DNA from: Sminthopsis crassicaudata
Taxonomy: Eukaryota
DNA length: 64,000 nt
Reading direction: 5' to 3'
Assembly (NCBI RefSeq): GCF_048593235.1
Contig: NC_133619.1
Location: 651,164,558 to 651,228,557 of the forward strand
In this document: one piece after another, positions 41,306 to 53,000 of the stretch
Layout of the letters: the number at the start of each line of letters is the position of its first letter
How positions within the stretch are numbered: position 1 is the first letter of the stretch
Notes under the pieces: generated by a model
Database searches by the model: none
What the model saw: only the letters and a program-made list of their open reading frames with translations
What the model was told of the DNA's origin: nothing
Made by a program: the position numbers and the translations under genes

Positions 41306-42271
41306 TCACACCCTGATGAAAACCAGCCAGGCCGAATGCACCAGGTCGGCCACGTAGGCCAGGAAATTGACCGCCGTGAGGATGGCCACCGTCAGGCGGC
41401 GATCCCAGTCGCACACGAAGTAGGCGTGGCGGTAGGGGCAGCTCGAGTCTTCCCGCCTGCGGGCCCGGCCCCCCCTGCGGTCATCGAACTGATAGAGGGG
41501 CCAGAGCACCAGGGCCGAGGCGTAGAGCGCCACCGCCAGGACGGCCAGGCCGGTGAGGAAGGTGGGGAACGGGATGGGCAGCTGGCCCGTGCAGTCGCCC
41601 AGGCTCAGGATGATGGCCACGGCGGACAGGATAAAGCAGATGCAGTAGACAGCCAGGCACCACTCCAGGGCGGGATGGCGCTGGTAGATGGGCGGGTCGC
41701 TGATGAAGGCGAAGATGATGCAGGCGACAAAGGTCTCCAGGACCTTGAGGAGGCCGGGGACGGTGGCCATGTAGCCTGTGACCTCCCCGGGCCGGGCCCT
41801 GGTCCAGGCTACCTCGGTGGCGTAGGCCAGGCAGGCCACGCAGGAGAAGAAAGTGGCCGCGATGGCGTGGTCCCGACTTCTGCCGTGGCTCATGAACTGC
41901 ACGTAAGTGGTGGGGTAGATGATGGAGGCCGAGAGGCAGAGCAGGGTGGCGTAGCACGCGTACGTGATGGGAAAGTTGCGCCAGGAGAGCGGGAACCGGG
42001 GCTGTAAGCCGGCCATCTCCACCAACAGAATCACCAGCGTCATGGCAAAGCAGAAACACCAGGCGAACATTGTCCAGTTGCCCATGACCCCGACCCAGGC
42101 CCCCACGTGGACCACCAAGGAGAAGGCCACGCAGGTGGACAGCAGCTGCAGCAGCCGCAGCAGGCCCAGCTTGGATGTCAGGGCCCGAGGAGAGCCCACT
42201 ATGGTGGGGGAGCCCAGGCCAGAGCTGGTGGTGGTGGTGGTCACCGTGGTCCGAGTCACAGTCACCGGCAT
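41306..42271 (-). CDS. MYADM: Myeloid-associated differentiation marker (two MARVEL domains), single coding exon, 321 aa
   Basis: MPVTVTRTTVTTTTTSSGLGSPTIVGSPRAL...LSWRNFPITYACYA...RARPGEVTGYMATVPGLLKVLETFVACIIF...WPLYQFD...VCDWDRRL...LVFIRV. A splice acceptor gtcccccag|ccATG lies 2 nt before the start. Confidence 0.97.
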   Translation of the reverse strand: MPVTVTRTTVTTTTTSSGLGSPTIVGSPRALTSKLGLLRLLQLLSTCVAFSLVVHVGAWVGVMGNWTMFAWCFCFAMTLVILLVEMAGLQPRFPLSWRNFPITYACYATLLCLSASIIYPTTYVQFMSHGRSRDHAIAATFFSCVACLAYATEVAWTRARPGEVTGYMATVPGLLKVLETFVACIIFAFISDPPIYQRHPALEWCLAVYCICFILSAVAIILSLGDCTGQLPIPFPTFLTGLAVLAVALYASALVLWPLYQFDDRRGGRARRREDSSCPYRHAYFVCDWDRRLTVAILTAVNFLAYVADLVHSAWLVFIRV

Positions 42272-42809
42272 GGCTGGGGGACAGGAGGCTGATCAGATAA
42301 GAGGCTGGCCAGTTCAGTCCACTTCCCCTCCCCAGTGTGTGAGAGATCCCGCCCTGGGGAAGCTGGACTGGACTTTAGAGGTGACCTCATCTCAGGAGGG
42401 GCCCCACCCTGCCTGGGGGGGGCTGCTGTCCATTCAGGCAGCCCAGAAAGTCCCCACATTGACATCCAGACTTCCTGTGTGAGTGGGTGTGGGTGTGGGT
42501 GTGGGTGTGTGCAGCCTCCAGCCCTGGGAGCCACTCCGGGTTTGTAGAGCCCCCACCTCACACGTGCTGGGGCCCCCCTACCTGCAAGCTCCGGTCACAC
42601 TCCTTCCAGGGCAGGCAGATCCGATGGACGGACAGGTGGTGGCCTGGCTGCTCCCTAAGCTACTGGGAGGAAGGGACAGAGAGAGACAATGGGAAGGTCA
42701 CCCGGGGGCGGGCCGGCCCACGCTGGGCTGCTGTCTATACAGGCAGCTACCTCAGCCCATTGGCCCAGAAAGTCTCCAAAGTGACATCTGGACTTCCTCT
42801 CAGAGGGAG

Positions 42810-43255
42810 AGTGTGAGTGTGCACGTGTGTCTGTGTATGTGTGCATGTTTATCAGTGTGTGTATTTATGCGTACGTGTGTGAGCTTGTGTCAGTGCATGT
42901 GTATATACATATGTTGGTGTGTCTGTGTGTGCATGTCAGTGTGTCCATGTGTGAGTGTGTCAGTGTGTGTGTGTCAGTGTGTATGTACCTGTATGTGTGT
43001 CAGTGTGCATGTGTGTATATGTGAATGTGTGTATGTATGTCAGTGTGCATGTGTCAGTATGTCGTGTATGTGTGTCAGTATGTGCCAGTGTGCATGTGTG
43101 TCAGTGTGCATGTGTGTCAGTGTGCATGTGTGTGTGTGAGTGTGTGTCAGTGTGCATGTGTGTCAGTGTGTATGTACATGTGCATCTATCAGTGTGTGTG
43201 TATGTGTCAGTGTGTCCGTGTGTGTATCAGCGTGCACGTGTGTATATGTGAGTGT
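42810..43255. repeat. TG-rich simple/minisatellite repeat in the MYADM 5' region
   Basis: Recurrent GTGTGTCAGTGTGCAT modules. Confidence 0.9.
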
Positions 43256-43582
43256 GTCCAGGCTCCAGCCCCGGGAGGCACTGGGGTTTATAGGGGCCCC
43301 CCCAGCTGCAATCTGGGGTCACACTGTCCATGGACACAGGTGACAGCCCGGCTACTTTGCGAAGCTACAGGGGGTGGGAAGATCACCCAGTGGCCACTTG
43401 GGACCCTGCCAGGCACAAAGCCTCGGCCCCCACGCATCTCAGGGCCCGCCCTCATCCTAGAGGGGAACTGTGGAGGGGCCAGCGTGGCAGCGGAAGGGTT
43501 AAGGGCGTGGCTGCCGGAGGGACCGAGGCGGGAGCCTCAGACCAGGGAGTGGGCCGCAGAGGAGGCCAGCAGCCAGAGCTCG

Positions 43583-43603
43583 CCTTATAAGGTCCTTATA
43601 AGG
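43583..43603. promoter_or_regulatory. Tandem perfect CArG boxes (SRF sites) upstream of the MYADM coding exon
   Basis: CCTTATAAGG t CCTTATAAGG; both are CC(A/T)6GG palindromes. Confidence 0.8.
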
Positions 43604-44793
43604 GCCGTCTTAAACTCGGGATTTGCCGCCCCTCCCCCTCCCGGGGCTGTGGCCGGCGGGGGCGGGATCCCCTCGGGGGACCAGACCCCGGGGTGCCAGA
43701 CAAGGATCTGGGCGGGCTCCCCGGCCCGGGGTCAGGTTACCCTCCGCTTCCCACCACGCCCGCTGGAAACCACATTGGCAGGAGGCTCCCGGCGGGTAAG
43801 TGGCCGTCCTGCCCAGCCTAGCCCGCGGCCTCCCCGGCCCTCCCACGTGCCGAGGGGCATCCATGCCTGGGTCACCAGCCCGGTCCGCCTCCTCCCGATC
43901 CACTCCTCCAACGGCGGCGAGGAGGACGTGAGCTAGGTGTCCCGGACGGACGCGGGGGAGGGAGGGAGGGGGCGGCACCGCCCCCGCCTGAGGTAACGGC
44001 TCTGGAATGCACAGCTGGAGGGAGGGGAGACCCGAGGGCCGGGGGAAACGCCCCTTAACCCCTTTCGGGCCGGGGCTTCCCCAGCCGCATTCCGAAGTCC
44101 GTTAGATAGCATCTTTGCCAGATCCGAACCCCAGGCCCCCCCTCCCATTGACATCTCGGACCCCCCTCACCACCCAAGGGCCCCCGTGGTCCCGCTCTCC
44201 CAGGGCACCCCTAGTCCTCCTCCGGCTAAAAGGCACCAGGGCCCTTCAGGGGCTCAGGCAGACGGTTCGAGTCTCCTGCCCCTCCGGGATCCAGGCACAA
44301 GCCCTCCTAGGGGGTCCTGGACTGAGACACAGGCGTCCCCTCCATCTACCTCAGAGCCCCCCAAGAGCCCGCGGTCCCAGAGAGCTAAAGAAGTCCCCAA
44401 GCTTGGACCCTGAAGGGTTAAACGGGGCCCAGGTCCGGGGGCGGCTCACCTCGAGGTCCACGGGTTCCCTCTCGGGTCCTTGTGGTGAGTGTGGGAGAGC
44501 CCAGGTCTGGGGCTGGGGTGGGAGGAAGGGAGTGAGAGCTCTTCTGGGGCGGGCCCAAGGCGGAGGCGGGGTCGGCCCCGGGAACTCTCCGAGAGGACGC
44601 TAGGGTTTTCCCAGACCCTAGCCGCGGGCGGGTCAAGCTAGAGAGACTCTCCTATGGGGACACTGAGGCAAAGTAAAAATCCCAATCTCCGCCCCTCGGG
44701 AACCTCCCCACTCCTTCTGCTGGCCACGCCCCGCCCCCACCAGGCGTCTCCCCCAGCCCAAGCTGGGGAGGGAAGGGGGAGACTGAAGTCACT

Positions 44794-44912
44794 ATTTCCA
44801 TGGTGACGACAAACAGGAAGCGACAACAGAAGGGGAAGATGGGAGGGGGATGGGGGGGGTCCTCGAGTCCGGAATGTGAGGGTGGGGTGGGCGGGGGCGT
44901 AGCTATAGCAAC
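44794..44912. promoter_or_regulatory. Two RFX X-box-like motifs in the MYADM 5' CpG island
   Basis: ATTTCCATGGTGAC (44794-44807) and GTAGCTATAGCAAC (44899-44912). Confidence 0.55.
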
Positions 44913-46262
44913 GGGCGTATTTACTCCTTATTTGGGAATGATGTCCCCTACTATTCAGGTCTCATCCTCCGAGAGCTAGAGGGCTAAAGGCCCTGAGATC
45001 CCGGAGCCACCTGGATCCCAAAGGAAGCCAAGGCTGGGGGAGGCGGGGGGGGGGCCAGTCCAGAGGCCCGAGCCTCCCAATGCCTCCGCTCTGCCTAAAG
45101 GGATGTCGGGGCAGGGACGCCTGCGTGCGAGGCTGGTGGGGAAGGCCTGGCCCGGGTCCCCGCGGGGCTGCCCGGAGCCCAGAGAAAGGGGGACTGGGAA
45201 GAGCACGCCTGGGTCCTTCAGCAAGGCGGGGCTTGTTAAAGCCAGACACCTGGGTTCCGGAGAAAGGGGGGATGGGAAGAGCACGCCTGGCCCTAGAGCC
45301 AGGCGGGGCTTTAGAACCGGACACCTGGGTCCTGGAGAAGGGCGGAGCTTAAAGGGTCCTCCGGACAGGATGGGGGGGGGGGCGGCGGCCTGGGCTGCCC
45401 GAGTCCTGCCCTCCCTGTCCCAATCCCAGTCACTTACTGCGCTGCCTTCGGGTCCCACGTCTGGGCCTCGCTTTGGCCCTGCTGGAGGGTGGGACTGGGA
45501 GGGGGGCTGCGGCTGGAGCAGGGAGTGCTGAGCCCGGTGGAGCCAACCGAGACACCAGGACTGGACCGGCTCCGCCTCTCCGCCCCGCCCCTCCGCTCAC
45601 CTCCGCTGAGGCGGCCAAGGGCCGTTGTCTGGGTGGCTTTGCCTGCCCGTCCCGGCCGAACGGGGTCAGCCTGCAGATGTCTGGAGTCTGGGGCCAGGGC
45701 GGGACTTGAGGGGCCGCAGAATACCGCTGGTGATGTTGGGGGGCGGGGGAGCAGAGCAGGGGAGGAGACTCCGAGAAGCGGGGGCTTCAGCACCTCCCGG
45801 GCAAACTCGGGCAGAGACCCCGCAAAGACACATGTCAGGAGCCCCCCAGGACCCCAGCCCACACTCCGAGGCTCCCCTTGGGGCACCTGTGGAGAGCCTG
45901 GACGGGCTGGGGCTGAATAAAGCCTTGTTGGCCCTCTGCCACTTCCTGCCCATTTCCCCCAGATTTGGGGCCTAGGGGTGTCTGGAGCCCTGGCTCCCGT
46001 TAGCAGGCCTCAGGCGCTCTGGGGTTGAACACTCCTGCACAGGGAAGGAGGAACAAGACAGATCTCCCTTAGTGCTCCCCAGGCCCAGGGGCTTCTACCC
46101 CTCGCCCCAGCTCTCCCACTAACGCTTTCCTCTGACTGGCCCAGGACTCATCTCCTTCCCCCCTGGGCCGGCCCACACCAAAGAGCCTGTCCTCAGGTAG
46201 TCCCAGTTAAAAATGGCTGCCAAAAGGGGTGGTTCACCTCCCTGAACTAGAGGACATTCGGA

Positions 46263-47200
46263 AATGCAAAATGGACAACTTTGACTACATTAAGCAGGTT
46301 TTGCGCAAAATCAACACAAATAAGATTAAAAGGGAAGCATAAAGCTTGGGGGGGGGGGAATTTTACTAGCCAGTGTTTCTCACAAAGGCCTCATTTCCAA
46401 AACATAAACTGTGTCAAATTTATAGCAATACAAGTCATTCCCCAGCTGAGAATGGTCAAAGGACATGAACAATTTTCAGATGAATTAAAGCTATCTAGAG
46501 TCATGTAAAAATACTCTAAATTGATTAGAGAAATGCATATTAAAACTACTCTGAGATACCACTAAGATGACAGGAAAAAGTTGGAGGGGATGTGGGAAAG
46601 CTGGGACACTGATGCATTGTGGGTGGAGTTGTGATGATCCAACCATTCTGCAGAGCAATTTGGGACTATGCCCAAAGGGCTGTCAAACTCAGCATACTTT
46701 GATGCAGCAGTGTCACTAATGGGTATGTATCCCAAGGAAGTCAGAAACCAGAAAAGGACCACAAAATGTTTCTAGCAGGTTTTTATAGAGGCCAAAAAAG
46801 TGCTGAATAAGTTATATGAAAGTAATGGAATGTTCTATAAAAAATGAACAGGCTGATTTGAGAAAGGCCTGGAAAGACTTACATGATCTGATGCTGAGTG
46901 AAACAAGCAGAACCAGGAATACCCTGTATACAGTAACAAGATTGTGCATTGATCGACTATGAAAGATCTGGTTCTTCTCAGTAGCTCAGTGCCAAAGCAG
47001 TCCCTATAAACTTGGGATGGAAAACGCCTGCCCTATGCATTCAGAGAGATTAATATGAAGGCAATGTAAATCAACACGTGCTATGTTGACTTTTTTCCTT
47101 TCATAGTTTCTCCCTTTTGTTCTGATTTTTTTCTTCTAACATGATTCATAAAGAATTGTGAGGTTTTTTTTCTTTAAAAATAAATGTACATATATAACCA
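46263..47200 (+). mobile_element. Old 5'-truncated LINE-1 (ORF2 C-terminus and 3'UTR)
   Basis: Decayed KMDNFDYIK..FC..., CWRGCGK.GTLMHC and LGMYPKE motifs, an A-rich end, and a possible TSD TGGCTGCCAAA (~46214 and ~47210). Confidence 0.8.
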
Positions 47201-49268
47201 CAAAAAAATTGGCTGCCAAAGTGAGCGAAGTCCGCCAGCATTCGTCTGACCTCACCCCTCTCCTGCTTAAGGAGCTCCCCAGCTCCCTATTGCCCTAGGG
47301 CAAATATTAGCTCCCAAGTTTGCCCTTTAGAAATCTGGCTAGCCAAATCCCCTCCTCTGTATCAGTCTGATGACCATATGGCCAGCATGGCGGTAGCTGA
47401 CTAAAGAGCCCTGAATCATGCTGGCCCCATTGGAATTTTTATGATCAGTCCAAATTAGTTTATCTTTAAAACAAATTAAGTCAAAAGGCCTATATGATGT
47501 CTAAATCAGAGTAGGGGTGTTTCCACCCCTGGTTTGAGGAAAGAGGCTTCCTCCCTTAAGAGAAGCTGCCATAGCATCCCCATCCATCCCTCCTCAACAG
47601 CCCCACTTCCTCTCTCCCTTGCCCCTTCTACTAGTGCTACTAGTGTTTCCCCCTGTACTTAATGCACCACCAAGACCTCCTTAGCTCTAGGACTGATAAT
47701 GGCTTCACGCTGCCCAGAGAACAAAATCCATGGACCCTACTTCTCTATTCATCTCACACTTTCCATGTCTGTCTCTTTGACTTGCAGCCCTATTCCTGTT
47801 AAAATGTTTATCATTGTGGTTAGTGTATGCTGTGTATTACATTATGTAATTGAATTTACTTATAACATACCTGATATCTCTAAAGTGGTTTTAAAATGCC
47901 CAAAGGTAAATCAATGATTTTTCTATGTGATCATTTGGAAATGCAATTGGTATCTAAGTTTATTGCTTGTGTTCTTAGTTCTACATTGTACTGGATTTCT
48001 AAATCTTTATTGTGAAATTTAAAAGACCATTGCAAACCAGAAACGTTACTAGACAGAACTTCCCTTTTCATCTGGATGTTGTTGTGTATGAATTAGGCCT
48101 TTAAAAAAATGTGATTTTTAAAATAGATATTTGAAAACTTAAATTTGAGTTATATTTAGTTATAGAACAGATAATATTTCTACTAAAAATAACTTATCAC
48201 TTATTTGATGCATGTCCAAAACCTCAGACTATAGGTAGTTCTAATGTATAAGGGTTAACAAATGTTAACTTTTAAATTTTCTTATTATTGAATGTAGCTG
48301 CTTCAAACTTGATAACTTTAGATGGGTTTTTAGATGTGATTAGTATATAATACCAATGTTGAGATGAATTATTTTCTGTGGAAGATCATATGGAAGGAAA
48401 TTTAACTAAATTAAGGTCACCTGATTAGTAATGAATGTGTCTCAAGTTTTAAATACATAATATTGGTTTTAGTATTGTATTTCTAAAATTTTTATATTGT
48501 ATAATTTGATAAAAGAATAAATGACTTAAGAAGCTATTAGGAAAAAAAATTAAAATAATTTTTTTTAAAAAGCTAATTTTAGTTTAGTTTAATACATAGG
48601 TATTTGGAGTTATTGTTTTAGTTAAGTTAATTTTAGTGTAATTAGTTTAGCTTAGTTAATACATAGGTATTTTGAAAGGGCAAACTGGTCATTTGTACAA
48701 TTAGAAAGAAAGCTCCCATTATAAAATCTCCTTTATAAGCCTACAAGGATTCCTAGAACCATCTATTCATGAATTCTTATCAATTCTTTATAGGGGTCGT
48801 CTATATTCCTGTTAAAAGTAAATGAGATACAAAATGAGGATCCTTTCACAAAATGGGACTAAAATTTTCAGGCCTACTTCTAATGTACAGTGGATATATT
48901 TAAAGAGAAAGAGAAGAAAAAGATTGAGTAAATGTTTAAAGGCCTGGCAAACTTTGTTATGGTGATAAGGCTAATTTAAATGGTTATCTTTTTCTTTTTC
49001 ATCTATAAAAGTTTAATTTCCTCCCCATTGTAAACACATTTTGATTAAAGGAAGGTAACTAGGAATTTTGTAATAATTAGGAATTTATTTTGTCACAATA
49101 CTTTGGGGATTAATTGATGTTATTTTAAAATATTATACCAACTTAATTTTGATAAATTCCAATTTTAAAGATATATTTTTGCTTTAAAATTGAAAAAGTG
49201 CTTGAACTAAATCTGTCATTTTAAAGATTCCCAATTAATTTACTTCACAAAAACTTAGTGATTATTCC

Positions 49269-49410
49269 TTTTTTTTTTTTTTTTTTTTTTTGGCTGAATC
49301 AATTGGGGTTAAGTGACTTGCCCAGGGTCATACAGGTAGGAAGGATTAAGTGTGAGACCAGATTTGAACTCATGTCCTCCCGACTTCTGGGCTTCTCCCT
49401 ATCCACTGCG
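49269..49410 (-). mobile_element. Marsupial CORE-SINE (WSINE1/MAR1-like), slightly 5'-truncated
   Basis: poly-T + GGCTGAATCAATTGGGGTTAAGTGACTTGCCCAGGGTCA...TTTGAACTCA...CCACTGCG. TSD-like TGATTATTYCTTT. Confidence 0.85.
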
Positions 49411-49481
49411 AAATAAATGATTATTTCTTTAAACTTTAAACTTTTTGAAAAGGGGAAATATTTTTAGGAAGAAATGTTTAT

Positions 49482-49950
49482 TGTTAGAACTCTTACAAGG
49501 TGCTAAGGCATTGGAATGGATAGGCATAATTATCTAATTTAGCTTGGTACTTAACAGTTCTCTAGTTCAGTAATGTACTTACTAGAATTCCACAAGATTC
49601 ACATCTTTAAGAGAGCATATATAAGGAGGAGCTCCCACAAGCCCACAGAGAACCCAGAAGCCCACTCTTTTGGAGGCAGAGTTCATTCCATTTTCCACCT
49701 TTGTGCTGGCTGGAGGCTGAGGGACAAACCTTTGGATTCAGAGACTTTGGAAGAGCTAGGCCTCTATTAAAGCTAATCGGGCCCAGGAAAAGATTCAGGA
49801 TTTTGAAGGACACAATAAAGGATCTGTACTTTTAACTCCTGGCTCCATTTGGGATTATTGAACTGAACTGAAACTAAGGCTGCCTCCAGAAGCTCCCCAG
49901 GAAACCTGCTCCCAGAGAATGATTATATTTTTAGAGAAGAGAACATTACA
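49482..49950 (+). mobile_element. Solo LTR of an endogenous retrovirus (~469 bp)
   Basis: TG...CA termini, TATATAA at 49618-49624, AATAAA at 49814-49819, and 6-bp flanks GTTTAT / GTTTAC. Confidence 0.7.
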
Positions 49951-50139
49951 GTTTACAAAAATTTTTTTTGTAAAAAACTTTTGTGTGAGTTTAGGTGGCC
50001 TATTAAATGTTCATTTGTAAGGGACTTTACTGAAAAAATTATCTGAGACTGATAATGATTATGTCCACACCTGCTGCTTTTGGTGAGACTTCAGGACTCT
50101 GAACTTTCTAGAGTTTTTATGCTTGCTATTTAAGACCTT

Positions 50140-50760
50140 GGGAGGGAGGAGCAGAGCCGAGCTGGCAAAGTAAAGGCGGGAAGTCTGTGAGCTGTCCCGC
50201 CAACACCTCCAAGTACTTGGAAACGGTGACTCTAAGCAAATTTTAGAGCATCAGAACCCCCAGAAAGATGGAGTGAAGCAATTTTCCAGCCTGGGACAAC
50301 TTAGGTCTGTAGGAAAGGTCCATCGCACCCACATGAAAGTGGAGGACAATGGGATCAGACTGTAGGAGCCGCCGAATGGGCACCTAGAACATCAGCGTTT
50401 CGAACTCGCAGCCCGCAGATGGTAAAGGGTCAAATAACTGTTTGGGAGGATGTTTGAGGGGCTCTGTCAGCTCTGAGGATGTTGCTTTTCCATACTCGGA
50501 TCCAGCAAGGAGCTGCTCGAGCCAACCAGAGCTTGCAGCTGCAGTGGGGCAGGGACCCTCCTGGAGGTTCTGGGCCAGAAAATTCTGAGTGGGATCTTCC
50601 ATCTGGAAGCACTCAAAGCAAGGTATTCTGTCTCCAGCAGCCCTTACCTCGGAAACTGAACTGGAGAATAAGGTGAGTTTCTACAAATCAGTCTTGGGCT
50701 TTGGGCTCCACATTCTTTCCTGATTGTACAATAACTGTAGCTGTTAAGTGTGTGAGTTCC
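50140..50760 (+). mobile_element. Probable decayed LINE-1 5'UTR fragment
   Basis: Begins with a GGAGCAGAGCCGAGCTGGCAAAGTAA motif resembling the GGAGCCAAGATGGC L1 start, and is more GC-rich than its flanks. Confidence 0.45.
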
Positions 50761-51444
50761 ACAAAGGCCCACTTAGGGACAGGATCAGCCTACCAGCAGC
50801 CTTCCTTGGGGCCCACCTAGACACTGGACTGCTACCAGGGACATGGTCTTTTGCTGGATCCATTTAACTCGTCATTCAAGCAAAGGAACCCCAAATCTTT
50901 TACGTCGAGAAGCTTCTTCCTGCTAGGACTGGGAAGAGGCCTGGCTCGGCCTTACGGGCCCACTGGAGAATGAGTTTGGGGACCTGGAAGCTGATTGAAG
51001 CCGCAGCCGGTGGGTGGCCAGTGTCAGGATGAGAAATAATACGGTATGTAGTGTTGGCCATCATAGGAAAGTGTCAGCTGGAACAGAGAGGAGACAAATC
51101 CAGAGAGAAGGGAGAGAGCCGGTAAAGGGTGGGTGGCCAAGGTACTCGTGCCAAAGTGTTTAAAGGAGTTTAGACATTGGGTGGAGAGGATAATGAGCTG
51201 GGGATGGGGAGAGTCCAGTTGGCATGGAAACAGGAATAGCAATACTTGTAGGTAGAGACTTTCCACCCCTAGGTTCAATCATTGGATAAACGAATTCACT
51301 TATAAAGAGCTGACTTTATTCCAACTATATTTTTAAAAAATATGTTCTGCAAACAACAATGAATTTGTTTCTGATCTAATTTCAGTAATCAAGAGAACAA
51401 TAACTAGGTCCCACAAAGAGAACTATCAATACCTAATTATTCTT

Positions 51445-51587
51445 ATTTATTTTGCTGAGGCAATTGGGGTTAAGTGACTTGCCCAGGGTCACACACCCAG
51501 AACGTGTTAAGTATCTGAGACCAGATTTGAACTCGGGTCCTCCTGACTTCAGGGCTGGTGATCTGTCCAGTGCACCACCTAGCTGCC
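51445..51587 (-). mobile_element. Marsupial CORE-SINE (WSINE1/MAR1-like)
   Basis: TTTTGCTGAGGCAATTGGGGTTAAGTGACTTGCCCAGGGTCACAC...CACCACCTAGCTGCC. TSD AATTATTCTT. Confidence 0.88.
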
Positions 51588-51614
51588 TATATCCAATTAT
51601 TCTTGCCTCATTTT

Positions 51615-52142
51615 GAAACATTAAGGACCTTATTTCATACAGATTATATATTAGTAACAAGTATATAACTGATTAGGTCAAATATTGTACCGTTTTAAAA
51701 CATTAAGGACTTTATTTCCTGTACATGTGTGTGTGTATAAATAGGTATGTTATTGACTAGGTCAAATATTGTAATATTTTAAAGCATTAAGAACTTTATT
51801 TCATATATATATATATATACATATATATAGGTATGTTATTGACTAGGTCAAATATTGTAATATTTTAAAGCATTAAGGACCTTATTTCATATATATATAT
51901 ATAAATAGGTATGCTATTGACTAGGCAAATATTGTAATATTTTGAAACATTAAGGACTTTATTTCTCATATATATATACACATATATATATATATAGGTA
52001 TGTTATTGACTAGGTCAAATATTGTAATATTTTGAAGCATTAAGGACGTTATTTCATATATATATAAATAGGTATGTTATTGACTAGGTCAAATAATGTA
52101 ACATTTTGAAGCATTAAGGACCTTATTTCATATATATATATG
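51615..52142. repeat. AT-rich minisatellite, ~6 units of 75-90 bp with variable (AT)n
   Basis: Unit ATAGGTATGTTATTGACTAGGTCAAATATTGTAATATTTTRAAGCATTAAGGACCTTATTTCA(TA)n. Confidence 0.92.
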
Positions 52143-53000
52143 AGTATTTACCTGATTGTGATATGACATATTTTCAGATTGAAATCAGCGAGATATTGCA
52201 TACTTGCTCATTTATTCAATTGACTATTTGCTCTGATTATGGAAATTTGCTCTAAAAGAGGAAGCAGGGACAGGATTATAAAGGCAGCAAACTGGTTCTT
52301 CAGGCTTAAGCCTAAAGGAACACACATGGCAGCATCAAGCATCCTTAGCTCTGTTTGCCTTCAGGTAAGAGTGAAAGTTCACAACAATGCAATAACATCA
52401 CCTCATAGTTAGAAATAATCAGGTGGAAACCCCAGTAACACGTGGGAAACTGAGCCAGAAGGTTCCCACCTGAAGTGAAGCCACAGGGGGTTTCCCCAGC
52501 TTTTGCTCAGATGCAGACCTTCACCTGTAACACTTCAGGATCACATCCTTCTGAGCAGCAGCTTCTGTGCGAGCTTTGTTCGAATGGCGGTTACTGATTA
52601 ATCCAGCAGATAACCCTACCGGACTTCAGAACTCAAAACAATATAAGTTTTAGTCCAAGAGATTTTATTTCAAATGGCGAGTTTCACTAATCACAGTTTC
52701 AGGTAGGTTCAGCTCTAAAGGATCACATCCCCTAAATAGGATTGACCTTTGGTAACAGAGATTCTTTACAAGAAAATTCCCACTTTATCTTGATATCTAG
52801 CTCTAAGTTCAACATTACACAAATAATTTTGCTTTAAGATGTTCAATAACCAACAACCTAGTTGCCATCTTTCTTTATAGTCAAATGGTATTTACAATAG
52901 GGAGATTTTTATAAGCCACCAAGAAAAATACTAGTTAAATTAGCCTTATCACAATAACAAAGTTTGCCAGGTTTCACACACAAGATGAACGTGTTTTCAC

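Noticed and set aside
41144-42007. 287-aa ORF antisense to MYADM (and similar ORFs antisense to CACNG8 and PRKCG exons)
   Set aside because: Shadow ORFs expected from high-GC3 codon usage; no independent gene signals.
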